From NCBI GenBank assembly GCA_963575745.1, contig CAUYUJ010000154.1, positions 62,001 through 117,490 on the forward strand: a stretch of DNA of 55,490 nucleotides. Reading direction: 5' to 3'. Position numbers and translations under genes: made by a program. The DNA is from Prorocentrum cordatum (Eukaryota). The notes beneath the pieces are model-generated. The model did not search any database. It saw nothing but the letters and a program-made list of their open reading frames with translations, and was not told where the DNA came from. Below are positions 12,301-23,139 of this stretch, piece by piece (the stretch's first letter is position 1; the number at the start of each line of letters is the position of its first letter).

Positions 12301-14470
12301 CACCATCGTCGGGAAGCCGCTGGATATCAACTGGCGACATCTGGTCGATACCCTGGCCAGCCCGAGCCTTCATGAGCGTGGTGGCTCTGAGGACTCGCTC
12401 TGGCGTGAGAGGCGGCAGCTGCTCGTCGTCGCGGGCCGCCTGGATCTCGGCAAAAAGGGCGGATACCTCGCAGAGATTCACTTCCGACGGGCTCCAAAGT
12501 GTGTGCCATTTCTTAGCCTTGAGATCAACGATGTCCCTGGGGTCAAAAATAATCCCCCCCTCCGAAATAAGCTCGAACGGGGGGGGGGGGGGTCTGCAGA
12601 GGGACTTATGCAAAACTCCCACAGCGGGGGCCGACAGGACCCAGGACCGAAACTCTTCCAATGATGATTGGAGCCCCCTCCGCCTGACACGACCAGCAAC
12701 TCGTTTAGCAACAGAGGCTAGGTGAGAAAGCTTGGCAAAAGGCACCTCGTCGATGCTCATGAGATATGCTTGCCAGAGAGACCATGATCCACCCGCGGGG
12801 TCCAGACTCGCAAGCGGCAAGTGCACGCTGGCGGAGATATCTTGCGCAAGATCTTTACGCGCACGCTCGAGACGACTGCGCTGAAGCTGACCATTAGATT
12901 GGGTAAGATGACGGTGGAGATTCTGCAAGACAGTGCACACACGATCCCCACCAACACGCAACCATGCCATGCAGCGGTCCCTGGCGCACTTTACCCAAAA
13001 CGTGATCCTTAGCCCCCTGGAAAATCGGACCAGGCCCCCTGGATCGCCCTTCCTGAGAAAGCCCATGATGGTCCTGAATAGCGGGTTCGACCGTACAAAC
13101 CCATTGCTCGCAAAAGCGCACTGACACCCAAGATGCGCCCTCAACCTGCAGCAAACGCGGCTGCATCGCGAATGACTGGCCAGACACTGCCGTAGTCACG
13201 GGCAGGTATGTAGCCAACCTCCTGCTTAGCCGCGGCCCACGTCTCTGAGGACATGCGGAAGCCAGGTGGGGAAGGGAGGGGGGGAGAGGAGACTGAATCC
13301 CCTCCTGACTGTCAGCACTTACGGGGGCTGGGGGCTCTTGATTATCATCCGCGGGCACGTTGAACTCATCTGCGGCCTCTCCGACATCAGGGAAGAGATC
13401 GCCATCTTCGCTCGGGGCGCGAGCCCCAGGTGGAGGGCCCAGGGGGGAGGACAGAGACAGGGGAGCGCCATAACTCTCTTCGTCGCCGTCGCCACCTTCA
13501 GCTCCACCAGCGGCAGGCGCGCGAGAGTGCGCAGACTGACTGACTTGAAAGCCCTGCTCGTGCAGGTCACCGCACAGCTCGTCGTATTGCTCGTCGGCAA
13601 AAGCCTTGGCAGCTAGCCGTCGCTCGTTGGAGGCGGCTTTACTCTTACTGGACTTCGACCCAGGCACGGGCATGGCTTTCGGCCGCGGGACCTGCGGAAG
13701 CTTCCGCGCCATTTTGAGCACTCGACAGAGCAGCTGCTGGGCGGAGGACCTCAAACGAACGATAGGCCCGCAGTGGGGCCCCCGCGGGACGTCAAGGCAG
13801 CCGTCGACAGAGATGAGATAAGGGATGCTAGAAGAGCTGGCGACGATGTAATCGATATGGGTGCCGCCACCGAGCGCACGCGTGTAAGCGAGGGATGCCT
13901 GAACGACGACACCTCCCACTCTCTCCAAAAACCCAGCTCGCTGCAGAGTAGCCGCAGGCAGGTTAAAGTCGCCCGCCACAATCCACGGGGGCCGACATTG
14001 GAGGAGCAGGGCTCCGAGGCGCGTGAAACGCTGCAGGTCCCTGCCCGCGATGCCTTCCTCGCAGAAGCCGTAGAAGGTAATGAGAATGAATGAGAAGCCT
14101 TTCTGGTGGCAGACTACCGCAGTAAACCCATCTAAGGCGCTGGAGCCGTCGGCAGCGAGATCGCTCCATACCGCCTCAGAGGAAGCAAGGGAATGCACCT
14201 GGAGGTGTTTTCGAGCTAAAACCCATTCCCCCCCCTCGTTCGCACGGGCTTGCCCCTTCAGAGTGATGGCCGTGCCTGTGGCTCGAGCGGGGCTCGCAAA
14301 AAACTTGAGGTGCGCCTTGCTGGCCAAATCCAGCCAAGGCGCGAGTGGGTCGGCAGACTCGACATGAGTCTCACAGACTGCAAGATAACGAAAAGACTTC
14401 AACCTGGCACCTGTGAGAAAACACCGCGCTTTCTTGCCCATAGCCGTGACATTGGCAAAACAAAGGCGCG
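9328..14470 (-). pseudogene. LINE ORF2 (APE endonuclease, reverse transcriptase, RNase H, C-terminal Cys motif), multiply frameshifted
   Basis: APE: FANVT, AVCETH, IVAGDFN, THIDYIV. RT: LLPKKSGGDRVIGLL, LLDVEGFYDSI, IVQG, and WIGD at the YxDD position. RNase H: FGDASGG, TVPRGEL, IDN, GNTAADALA. C-terminus: WFCSSCG...[10 protein letters not shown]. Confidence 0.9.
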
Positions 14471-14570
14471 TCTCAGATGGTGAGGCTGAAGTCGTCCCCG
14501 AATCGGGAGAGGACGAGCGCGGCGCAGTCAGCTGAGACTGCGACTGGGCGCTGGCCCCCTCAGGCGGCGA

Positions 14571-15662
14571 TCACGCCGTCGGCGCAGCTGCAGGCACACC
14601 CTTGCCTGCTGCCTTGGCCGCTGCCGCCGCTGCCGCCTCCGCTGCTGCCTTCTTGGTCTCGCTGATGCGCTGGGCAGCCGCCTGCGCCCCAACCTCGGCC
14701 GCCGCCCCTGCATCGGGGCCGGGTGGCTCGGCCACGGCGGGCGACGCGGCCGCCCCCTGGCCGCCGCCGTTGTTGCCGCCGCTGCCGTCGGCCCCGTTGC
14801 CGCCGCCGCCTGGGTGCACTTGCCCGTCGCCGCGACGCTTCCTGGCCATGCGGCTCTCGATCGCCTGCTGGACTGCCTTGAGCTCCGCGAGCCACTTCTT
14901 CACCTCGTCAGACTTGGACGCGAGGTGCGTCTTCGTTGTCGCCAAATCCTGCCTGAGCTTGGCGAGGGTCTCCTTCTCGTGGCCCTCGCACTCCAGCTGG
15001 TCGACGGACTCGAAGAAGGCCTCGCCCCACGAGACTCGGAAGAGGTGCGCCTCCTCCGTGTCAGCGGCTGCGGCGGCAGCAGACTCGGTCAGCAAGCCGT
15101 CCTGCGTCGCCAACGCCTTCACCGCTATATTCTTGGCCTGCTCGGCCCTGGCCAGGGTGAGCGCTGCCTCCTGCTCACGCTGCTGAACCCGAGCCAAGAC
15201 GGCCTCGGCCTTGAGGAGCGCTGCTACTGCCTGGTCGTGCTTGACGCCTGCGTCTCGCACCGCCGCCGACGCCTTCTGCAAGGACACCTCGGGGCTGACC
15301 GTGGACTCCGCCGCCGCGGCCTGCTGGCGCTTGCAGATCTGGGCCTCGAGCAGCGTGCGCATCCCTGGGTCCGTGGTGACTGCCAGCGCCTGCTGGTACG
15401 CCACGAGCTCCGAGGGCGCCGTCGACGGTGCTGGTGCTGTTCCGCCTCCGCCGCTGTCGGGCCGAAGCGCAAGCTGGTTGCTGCCGTCCCCCTTCTTCGG
15501 GCTGGGGCGGAAGAGTTCGACCTGCTTGCCGCAGTTGCACCAGCACCCGCGCTGCTGTAGCACGTTGTTCCACTCACACTTACCACAACTCTTGCACTTG
15601 GTCCAGAGAGAAGGATCCTGGGTGTCAGCGGCTACTGCGGCCGCCTTCTTGCCCTTACCCAT
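14571..15662 (-). CDS. LINE ORF1: N-terminal Cys knuckle (WTKCKSCGKCEW...CWCNCG) plus Ala/Gln/Glu-rich coiled coil
   Basis: Open frame from the ATG of MGKGKK at 15662, directly upstream of the endonuclease domain. Confidence 0.75.
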   Translation of the reverse strand: MGKGKKAAAVAADTQDPSLWTKCKSCGKCEWNNVLQQRGCWCNCGKQVELFRPSPKKGDGSNQLALRPDSGGGGTAPAPSTAPSELVAYQQALAVTTDPGMRTLLEAQICKRQQAAAAESTVSPEVSLQKASAAVRDAGVKHDQAVAALLKAEAVLARVQQREQEAALTLARAEQAKNIAVKALATQDGLLTESAAAAAADTEEAHLFRVSWGEAFFESVDQLECEGHEKETLAKLRQDLATTKTHLASKSDEVKKWLAELKAVQQAIESRMARKRRGDGQVHPGGGGNGADGSGGNNGGGQGAAASPAVAEPPGPDAGAAAEVGAQAAAQRISETKKAAAEAAAAAAAKAAGKGVPAAAPTA

Positions 15663-15789
15663 CGCCCTCGTTGCCAACCTGATCCTGCGGCCGAACGATC
15701 GCAAGACAGGTGCCCCTCAAGCACCACGTGGAGGTGAGGCGAATCACCCCGAGAAAATGCAAAATGCGCTCGGGGCGACATGGCTTGAG

Positions 15790-16095
15790 AAGAGGAGGAG
15801 GAGGAGGAGGAGGAGGAGGAGGAGGAGGAGGAGGAGGAGGAGGAGGAGGAGGAGGAGGAGGAGGAGGAGAGGAGGAGAAGGAGGAGGAGGAGGAGGGGAG
15901 GAGGAGGAGGAGGGAGGAGGAGGGGGAGGGGCAGGGGGGGGGGCGGGGGGGGAGGAGGAGGAGGAGGAGGAGGGAGGAGGAGGAGGAGGAGGAGGAGAGG
16001 AGGAGGAGGAGGAGGAGGAGGAGGAGGAGGAGGAGGAGGAGGGAGGAGGAGGAGGAGGATGAGGAGGAGGAGGAGGAGGAGGAGGAGGAAGGGGA
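15790..16095. repeat. (GGA)n microsatellite; similar tracts at about 3380, 9225, 22720, 26775-27665, 33070, 35280, 38170-38370 and 45260-45860
   Basis: Seen directly. Confidence 0.95.
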
Positions 16096-16220
16096 GGGGC
16101 AGGGGGAGGCGCGGCCACGGGAGGTGCGCGGCGCGCGGCTGCCCTTTCCGCGGCCCCTCGGGCCCAGCGCGGGCCCGCGCGCGCGCCTGGCGCGCGCTCC
16201 CCATCCCAGCGACGACCAAC

Positions 16221-16321
16221 TGGCCATCGCTCGGACGCCCATGTCCTGTCGCCAAATGGTCCAGGATGTTCCTCGATGGTCCTCGCCGAAGGAACAATGC
16301 ACACGTCCGAGCGATGCCAAG
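16221..16321. mobile_element. Small MITE TGGCCATCGCTCGGACG...GTCCGAGCGATGCCA (also 1806-1934 and 32673-32806)
   Basis: Three copies with inverted ends. Confidence 0.75.
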
Positions 16322-17512
16322 TCAAGAACGGGTCTGACGCAGGATGGCACGGCCACCTTCGGCGGCGGCTGACGCGGTCCGCCCTCTCGGCACGCCGCAT
16401 CGGAGACGAGGGCGCGCTCACACACGACCGTACGCGGGCAGCTCACGCGCCGATGTCGGCGCAGTCGACCCCGTTTCTTTGCGTGTCGCTCACCTGCCTT
16501 TTTCGTGCCGACTCTTTTCGCGCGCGTGCCGCTGCCGCTCTGCCGATGATTCCCAGAACGCGTGGTAGCGCCAACGCGTGCTTGTCCATCGAAGCCGCTC
16601 AAGACGACGCCGCCGATGTGACGAGGGCCGAACAGGGTAACACACACACACACGCACACATTCGGCAAACACACGTCCTGAGCACGATCGGCTCCCCAAA
16701 CGCGCCCGACCTTGGAGGCGGCCGCGGGGTCGGAACTGGTTGGGACACCAGAGATTCGCTACAAAATACGACGGGGCGATGAAGCCGAATCCGTCCACAA
16801 ATCGGTCCCTGTACCCCTCGTGTGGTCCATCTCGTGCAACGTTTCAACCGGATCCGTTTTTTTGATGGTCCCGCGGGGGGGGGGGGGGGGCAGAGAACGC
16901 TGTCCAAAGGCAGAAACATCCTTCTGGAAAACCACCACCTGCCCGCCCATCCTGGTGGATGGAATCAGCTCAGACCCCCAGTCGGCTCCAACGCCCGACC
17001 CTCGCCTGGCCCGACCGCACCAGTTATGCTCAAGTAGGGAATCGAACTCTGTACACCGACGCATTTTCTGGCCCTGCATTGAAATTTGCACTGGAGAGCG
17101 GATCCTGGTGTAAAGGGGGCCCTGGTGTATACATGTTTCGTTGTTTCCTCAGGACATCGAGGAACAAAAGTATACACCACACACCACCCCAGCGTCGTCC
17201 CCGACCCTCAACAAGTCCTGGGATTGAAAAACAGCCCGCCACTGGTAATGTATATGTTCCAATTTCCGATCAAAATCCTGGTGAGTCCAAGTGGTTTCTC
17301 GGGCGTTGGCAGAACTGGGTTCAGTGGAACCTGGTTGAGTGATTTGTACCGGGGGCGCGCCCCCGTCCCATTTCCACTGACCGGAACCGCCGTCGCCCGA
17401 AAAAACACAAACTGTGGCAAACCTGGTTTAGTGATTCTGGCCAACTCAAAGGCTCCAGAGCCCTACCACTAACCGGGTCCCCTTACCGGGGGTCCTGGCC
17501 ATACCCGATTCA

Positions 17513-17678
17513 GTAAAGGGGCCCCAGAACACACAAATAAATACACACAAATAAAAATATTCCCCATATTTTCTCATATTTTCTGGGTTTTTGTCCTCCC
17601 CCCCAATTCCCATATTTTCGCATATTTTCCTGGGGATCGACGATTAATTGTGTCTGTGTGTTTTTTCCCCTCCTGATT
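17513..17678. repeat. Dispersed repeat CACAAATAAAT...CCCATATTTT...GATTAATTGTGTCTGTGTG (also 7033-7192 and 31387-31549)
   Basis: Three alignable copies in the same orientation. Confidence 0.8.
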
Positions 17679-17757
17679 CAGGTCGTTTCGCGGCACGGCC
17701 GCGGGCGCTCTGGAGCGCCCCCCCGCCGGCAGCCCCCCGGTCGCCCCGCCCAGGCTC

Positions 17758-17826
17758 CAGGCGCTGCCGCTTCAGGCTGTCCTTCTCGTAGACGCTGGAG
17801 TTCGTCAGCACCCGCTCCACGGGGAC
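17758..17826 (-). CDS. Host gene micro-exon E (VPVERVLTNSSVYEKDSLKRQRL)
   Basis: GAG|G acceptor and CTG|GA donor; 69 nt; all codons end in G or C. P-x-E-x-V-L-T motif leading into RL|DY. Confidence 0.75.
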
Positions 17827-17897
17827 CTCCCCCTCGTCGACTGCTTGGGGTTGGGGGTTGCTTCAGGCGGGGGCCGAGAGATGGGGTGCCAAGAGAT

Positions 17898-18106
17898 TTG
17901 GAGGCAACTACTGGGAGGTCTTCGCCGGGAGAATGAAAAAAGATTGAGCCCCGTTGGGGGGCTGTTACGCTGGAATGGGCCTCGGATTACGCGGGATTGA
18001 GCCGGATTAAGCGGGATTAAGCGGGATCTAGCCGGATTAAGCGGGATTGAGCCGGATTTCGGACCAGGGCTAAATCAGACTTTGACCTCCCAGGAGTTGC
18101 ATCCGA
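17898..18106. mobile_element. MITE with GGAGGCAACTACTGGGAGGT TIRs and internal (GCGGGATTAA)n (also 36294-36505)
   Basis: Two alignable copies with inverted ends. Confidence 0.8.
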
Positions 18107-18748
18107 AAAGAGCCAAGCACCTTTCGTCCCCCTTCTGGGCCCCAGGGAGCCCCTTCAGGGCCCTCTAGGTGCACGAGAGGCGCACCGGGTGCACGGGTGC
18201 ACCTTTCTTCCCCCCCCCGCTGGTCGCCCCCCCTTACGCAGCGTCCATGGGGCTGCAGTTCTTCATAACTTCCTGTAACGGTTGCGTTGCCCGGGGGAGG
18301 ACGGGGGTGGGACCCTAGATAACGGCAACGCTGGGGCGTGGCAGGGCACGTCGGGGCGGGCGGGCGGTGCGATCGACGTAGTACGCGCGCGAGCACCCGC
18401 ATGTGGGAAGGTGGGTCCAAGCCCAACCCCCCACGCCCGATCGTTGCCGTGACCCCTGAGGGGGCGGGTTGGCCCGGGTAACGACTGTTACGCAGTTCCA
18501 CTGGGAGCTCCACCGAACGCCTCAGTGGCAAAGTGCCGCACACAGTCTGGAGCTACGACGCGCGTGACCGGTGCGCCGCCATGGGCGGACGGACCGCGTG
18601 CGAGACCCTGTGGGTGAAACTCAAAATGTCGGGCTACGAAACGACTGAGAGCTGTGCCGACATGGGCGGGGGGACGGTTTGCGACAACCAAAAGGCTTCT
18701 GACCTATAAACCAAGCAAGGTGGCGGGATGTGCCGAAGGCCGCTAGAT

Positions 18749-20038
18749 GATCCGCCGCCCCCTCTTGATTGCAAGAGAGGTGCCTGGCGTGCCAAATCCT
18801 ATCGTTTTTGGTTTTGGCTCTTTCCAAAAAGAACTCCCCCTGGGGCTCCGTCGCGTCCCGCCGGCCACCCGGAAAGGACCTCAATTTTGAAACAAATCCG
18901 CCAAGACAGCTCAAGATGGCCTTCAAGAAGGCCACGTTGGCCCAAGATGGCCTCCAGGATGGTCCAAAACGGTCTTCAGGACGGCCCAACAGTCTAAGAC
19001 GGCCCAAGTTCGCCCAAGAGGCCCCCCAGAGGCCTCCAAGACGACCCAAGAGGCCTGAGGTACTGCAAGGAGGGCCCGAAGAGGCCCAAATCATTGACTG
19101 TCCTTAGGGTTTTGACAGATTTGGGCAGTTGCTTCGTTTCGGCCTTCCGCCTGCTCAAGACGGCCCAAGAGGCCCCCAAGATCGCCCCATGATCGCCCAC
19201 GAAGCCTCCAAGATGGCCCCATGACGGCCCAAGAGGCCCCCAAGACGGCCCCAGGAGGGCCCCACGACGGGCCAAGAGGCCTCACAGACGCCTTAAATGG
19301 TCTCCAAGACGGCCCCCAAGCGCCCCAAGAGGGCCCTAAGCCGTGGCTGAGAAGCCCCCAAGACGGCTCCCGATGGCGTCAGACGGGCCAGGAACCCACC
19401 AAGATTGCCAAAGTTGGCTCGAAGCTGGCCCAAGACGGCCCAAGGGGCCTCCAAGAGGGCCTCCAGGAAGGCCAGAAAAGGCCAACAATATTCCTGTGGT
19501 TTTGAAAGGATCTTGACATTTGCTTCTTTTCGGCCTTCCGACGGCCCGAGGCGGACGAGGAGCCCCCAAAGATCGTCCAAAGGTCGCCCAAGAGGCCTCC
19601 AAGATGGCCCAAGAGGGCCCCAAGAAGAGCCCAAGACGGCCCAAGATGGCCCCGAAGACCCCGAAGATGGCCTCCAAGACGGCCAAGATGGCCTCCAAGA
19701 TGACGGCCAAGACGGCCTCCAAGGCAGCCAAGATGGCCCCAAGATGCACCCAAGACGGCCCCAAGAGGCCTCAAGATGGCCCTAAACTGCCCAAAAGGCC
19801 CGCAAGAGGCCTCCAAGACTGCCCAGGAGCCCTCCAAGACGTCCTCTAAGAAAACCGAAAGCTTGGCAACCACCTGGTCCGATAGCTCGCCCGACTCCGT
19901 GTTCCTCGAAAGCTTTCGAAACCCACTCGGGGAACGCGTGGCCCGATAGCTTGGCCAAGCTCAAACCCAACGTTCGGCCACGCAGGCGCTTCCAAAAAGG
20001 CAAGGGGCAGCGGTGATTCGCCGTAGACGTCTTCGATC
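18749..20038 (+). mobile_element. Helentron/Helitron2-like non-autonomous element (CCAAGA-rich body)
   Basis: 5' ATCCGCCGCCCC is inverted to 3' GGGGCAGCGGTGAT, followed by a CGCCGTAGACG hairpin. Confidence 0.55.
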
Positions 20039-20099
20039 AAGTAGTTAGTTACTTTTAGTCTGACCCCTCCTCCATCCTCCCTTGTCCCTCTCGGAACAT

Positions 20100-20490
20100 A
20101 GAACTGCGAATCTGTCTAAAGTGTAACCTGCCAGACCATCTCGAGCGCAGAGTCTCGAAACCCAGAACTGCGAGGATGTTTCAAACAACGCGTCAGCTCG
20201 GATCCAAGAGTTGCGAGGATGTCTCAGGCGAAAGGGGCTAGACCAATTCAGGTTACAACATCTTGGAGCCAAGAATTGCGAGGATGTCTCAAGCGAGTAG
20301 GGCTGGCCCACCTCTCCCGCGGTATCCTCGAGCCCATAGTTGCGAGGATGCCCCAGGCGAAGCGGGCCAGGCTACCTCAGGTTGGGGTATCTAGGCGGCC
20401 AGAGTTGCGAGGATGTCTCAGGCGAAAGGGGTTGGACACCACCTCTCGAGCGGCATTTCCAAAGCAAGAATTGCAAGGATGCCTGAGGCA
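20100..20490 (+). repeat. Degenerate tandem repeat, period about 64 bp, core AGAGTTGCGAGGATGTCTCAGGCGA
   Basis: Cores at about 20100, 20165, 20207, 20272, 20337, 20401 and 20467. Confidence 0.8.
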
Positions 20491-20911
20491 AGACACGCTG
20501 GACGCAAACTTTCAGAAACTGTCAGGCGGATGCAAAGCAAATCCGTAGAAATGTTGTTGTTTATGGCTCGAACGCCGAATAGAAAAAACGATGAAGGGAT
20601 GAGCGGATGTGGCGCAAGCCTGATAAATTTCTTCAGCCGCAAATGCCCAACCAGTACACCGAAAACCACACTGGGTCCCCCCGAGCCCGCTGCACACGGA
20701 CTGCGGCCTGTCAGCTCTCTGACTGTCCGCGGCGCCGTCTGTCAGCTCGAGGCGCTGCAAGCGACGAAGCGATGGAACTCATCTGGTCCCACCCCTACGT
20801 GCCCAGAGTTGCGAGAATCGTGCGTTCGTCAGAATCTCCTGCCCTCCGGATATGCAAGTGCTCCGGAGCGAATGAGAGCAGCAGGCGCAGCGCCGAAGCG
20901 CTGCGCCGCAA

Positions 20912-21090
20912 GGGTTGTGGATGCCATGACAGTGGACACTCAAGCAATCCTAGCATTGGATTAACACGTGTTTAACATGTGCAAGCCATGTTCAAAAAAT
21001 GTTTCATATATGTTTTAACGAATTTGCAACATGTTTGAAACAGTTGTTTGACATCGGGAAAATGTTTCGCAGCATGCTTCCTCTCCATCA
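20912..21090 (+). repeat. Dispersed repeat GTTGTGGATGCCA...(AACATG-rich)...GCAGCATGCTTCCTCTCCA (also 5917-6097 and 35076-35216; head only at 4525)
   Basis: Conserved head and tail across copies; no inverted termini seen. Confidence 0.7.
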
Positions 21091-21247
21091 ATCGACTTCA
21101 ACAAAAGCAAGGGTCGGCCTGACTTCGCTGAGATCTGGCATCTCTGAGGTCCGGCAGGCTTGGCGGGCGTATCGAGCGCTGCGGCCGCTCCAGAGCGCGC
21201 TTCGAGCGCGCTTCGGGGCGTGCTGGACTGGTCTATCCATCGATTAA

Positions 21248-21264
21248 ATATATGTATATATATG

Positions 21265-21298
<34 letters not shown>

Positions 21299-21378
21299 TG
21301 TATGTATGTATGTATGTATGTATGTATGTATGTTGGTATGTATGTATGTATGTATGTATGTATGTATGTATGCATTTA

Positions 21379-21429
<51 letters not shown>

Positions 21430-21606
21430 TCGTCTGTCTGTCTGTATGTCTGTCTGTCTGTCTGTATGTATGTATGTATGTATGTATGTATGTATGTGTA
21501 TATCCCTCGTGGGTCGATGTATAGATATGTATGTACGTATGTATATGTATATATATGTATGTCTATAGTTATATCTCTTTATACACATATATATATATAT
21601 ATATGT
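21248..21606. repeat. (ATGT)n-(CTGT)n-(AT)n compound microsatellite
   Basis: Seen directly. Confidence 0.95.
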
Positions 21607-22017
21607 ACACACTTTTGTCCTAGGTCTGCCACGGATCGGCACAGTCACCACAATCGCAAGAATCTGGGGGTCCTCCTTGTGCCAGCTCGGTGAGGCCTGG
21701 AAATGACCCCCTGGTGGTGGTTCTCTCTCTCCACTCATTCTACGGGAGGAGAGCGTCGCAGGTCTACGAAGGGACTCCATCGTTGGATGGCACCTTTGGC
21801 CAAGGGTACTGCCATGTGATGCTTGGCAGCCGTGAGTGGCGTCAGATGTTCGACCCAAGCTGACGCCGGGGAGAGAAATTTCACCCACCGTGTCTTGAAA
21901 GATTGTGATCGTGTCGTATAAAGGAACACCGAGTTCGGGTAATCGGGCCTGGCAGAGGCCTAGACCCTAGACATCAATAGAACTACTCTGGAGGACATCC
22001 TGGAAGCAAGTTTGGGG

Positions 22018-23005
22018 TAATCCCACCAGCCCTCTGGGCGTAGGTGGTCTAGAGCAGATCCTCTTCCACCCCTCCCTCTTCCCCCTTGGGGAGGGGTTTA
22101 CCCCTCCCCCTACCCCCTCCCCTGGACCTGGACGGGGGGGGCCGCGGGTAGTTAGAGCGTCCAAGATGGCCCAAGACGGCTCCAAGAGCGCCTCAGAGAA
22201 CCCAAGATGCGCTCCAAGATGGCTCAAGATAGCGCAAGATCGCTCACGATGGCTCCTAAGATGGTTCCAAGAAGCCCAAAGACGGCCCCAAGATAACTCC
22301 AATTGGCCAAACAGCTCCCCAAGGAGGCCCCGAAGAGGCCAAAATCGTCCCAAAACCTAAGGAAAATCAATGATTTTTGCTTTCTCGCCTTTTCGCTTCC
22401 GATGGCCATCCGAGGCCTGGAGATGGCTCCAAGATGGCCCAAGAGGGCCCCAAGAGAGCCCCAAAAGAGCCCCAAGACGGCCCCAAGAGCGCCCAAGAGT
22501 ACTCCAAGAGCGTTCCAAGAGGGGTCCAAGAGGCGATTTTAGGGGCTTCCGAGGGGGGGCGCTAATTAAACCCCCCCTCTTGTTTGATCGACTCCCTCCA
22601 AGATGGCCACAAAAGCGCCCCGAAGGCTCCCCAGAGCGCCTCAAGAGGGTCCCAAGAGGCGCCCAAGATGCCCCAAGGCGCCCAAAAAGCCCTCCAAGAG
22701 GCCCTCAAAAGACCCCCAAGAAGCTCCTTCCCCTCCTTCTCCTCCTCCTCCGATTCTTCCTCCTTCTCCGTCCTCCTTCTCCTCCTCCTCCTCCTCCTCT
22801 TCCCCCTCCTCCTCCTCCTCCTCCTCCTCCTCCTCCTCCTCCTCCTCCTCCGACGACTCCTCTTCCATCCTCCCCCTCTCGGGGTCTGTGACAGCTTCCC
22901 CCGCCCTTTGTTATTCTGCATGCTCCCCGACTTCCCTGATCACCTCAACTCCCCTGAGCATCGTTTCTGGATGGGCTGGTGGGGATACGCGAAGCGTCAA
23001 CAATT
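22018..23005 (+). mobile_element. Helentron/Helitron2-like non-autonomous element (CCAAGA-rich body)
   Basis: 5' TAATCCCACCAGCCC is inverted to 3' GGGCTGGTGGGGAT, followed by an ACGC-GAA-GCGT hairpin and CAACAATT. The 5' head also occurs at 7362-7513; body fragments at about 41625-41750 and 44590-44930. Confidence 0.65.
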
Positions 23006-23089
23006 GCAACCATCTGCACCACTGTACTGGTACCAACGGCAAAGGCAGAAACTGACCTACATAGTGCTAATTGCAACCACACCCCTGAC

Positions 23090-23139
23090 CTCTCCGTTGA
23101 CGGTGAGGCGGGTGTCGGCGTAGGTGACAGGGTGGGAGC
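23090..23139 (-). CDS. Host gene micro-exon D (SHPVTYADTRLTVNGE)
   Basis: CAG|G acceptor and GAG|GTCAGG donor; 50 nt. Carries an HPVT(Y/F)xD motif; phases match exons C and E. Confidence 0.75.

Larger units (their letters stand above)
9290..15790 (-). mobile_element. Non-LTR retrotransposon (LINE) with ORF1 and APE-RT-RNase H ORF2; near full length but degenerate
   Basis: Ordered domains on the minus strand spread over several frameshifted ORFs; (GGA)n tracts at both ends. Confidence 0.92.

Noticed and set aside
18830..19873. Overlapping ORFs in CCAAGA-rich repeats (also at 5.0-5.8, 22.1-22.7 and 44.6-44.9 kb)
   Set aside because: Stop-poor repetitive DNA that is open in many frames, with no domains.
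20100..20490. CRISPR array
   Set aside because: The repeats are degenerate, the spacers are related to each other, no cas genes are present and the context is eukaryotic.
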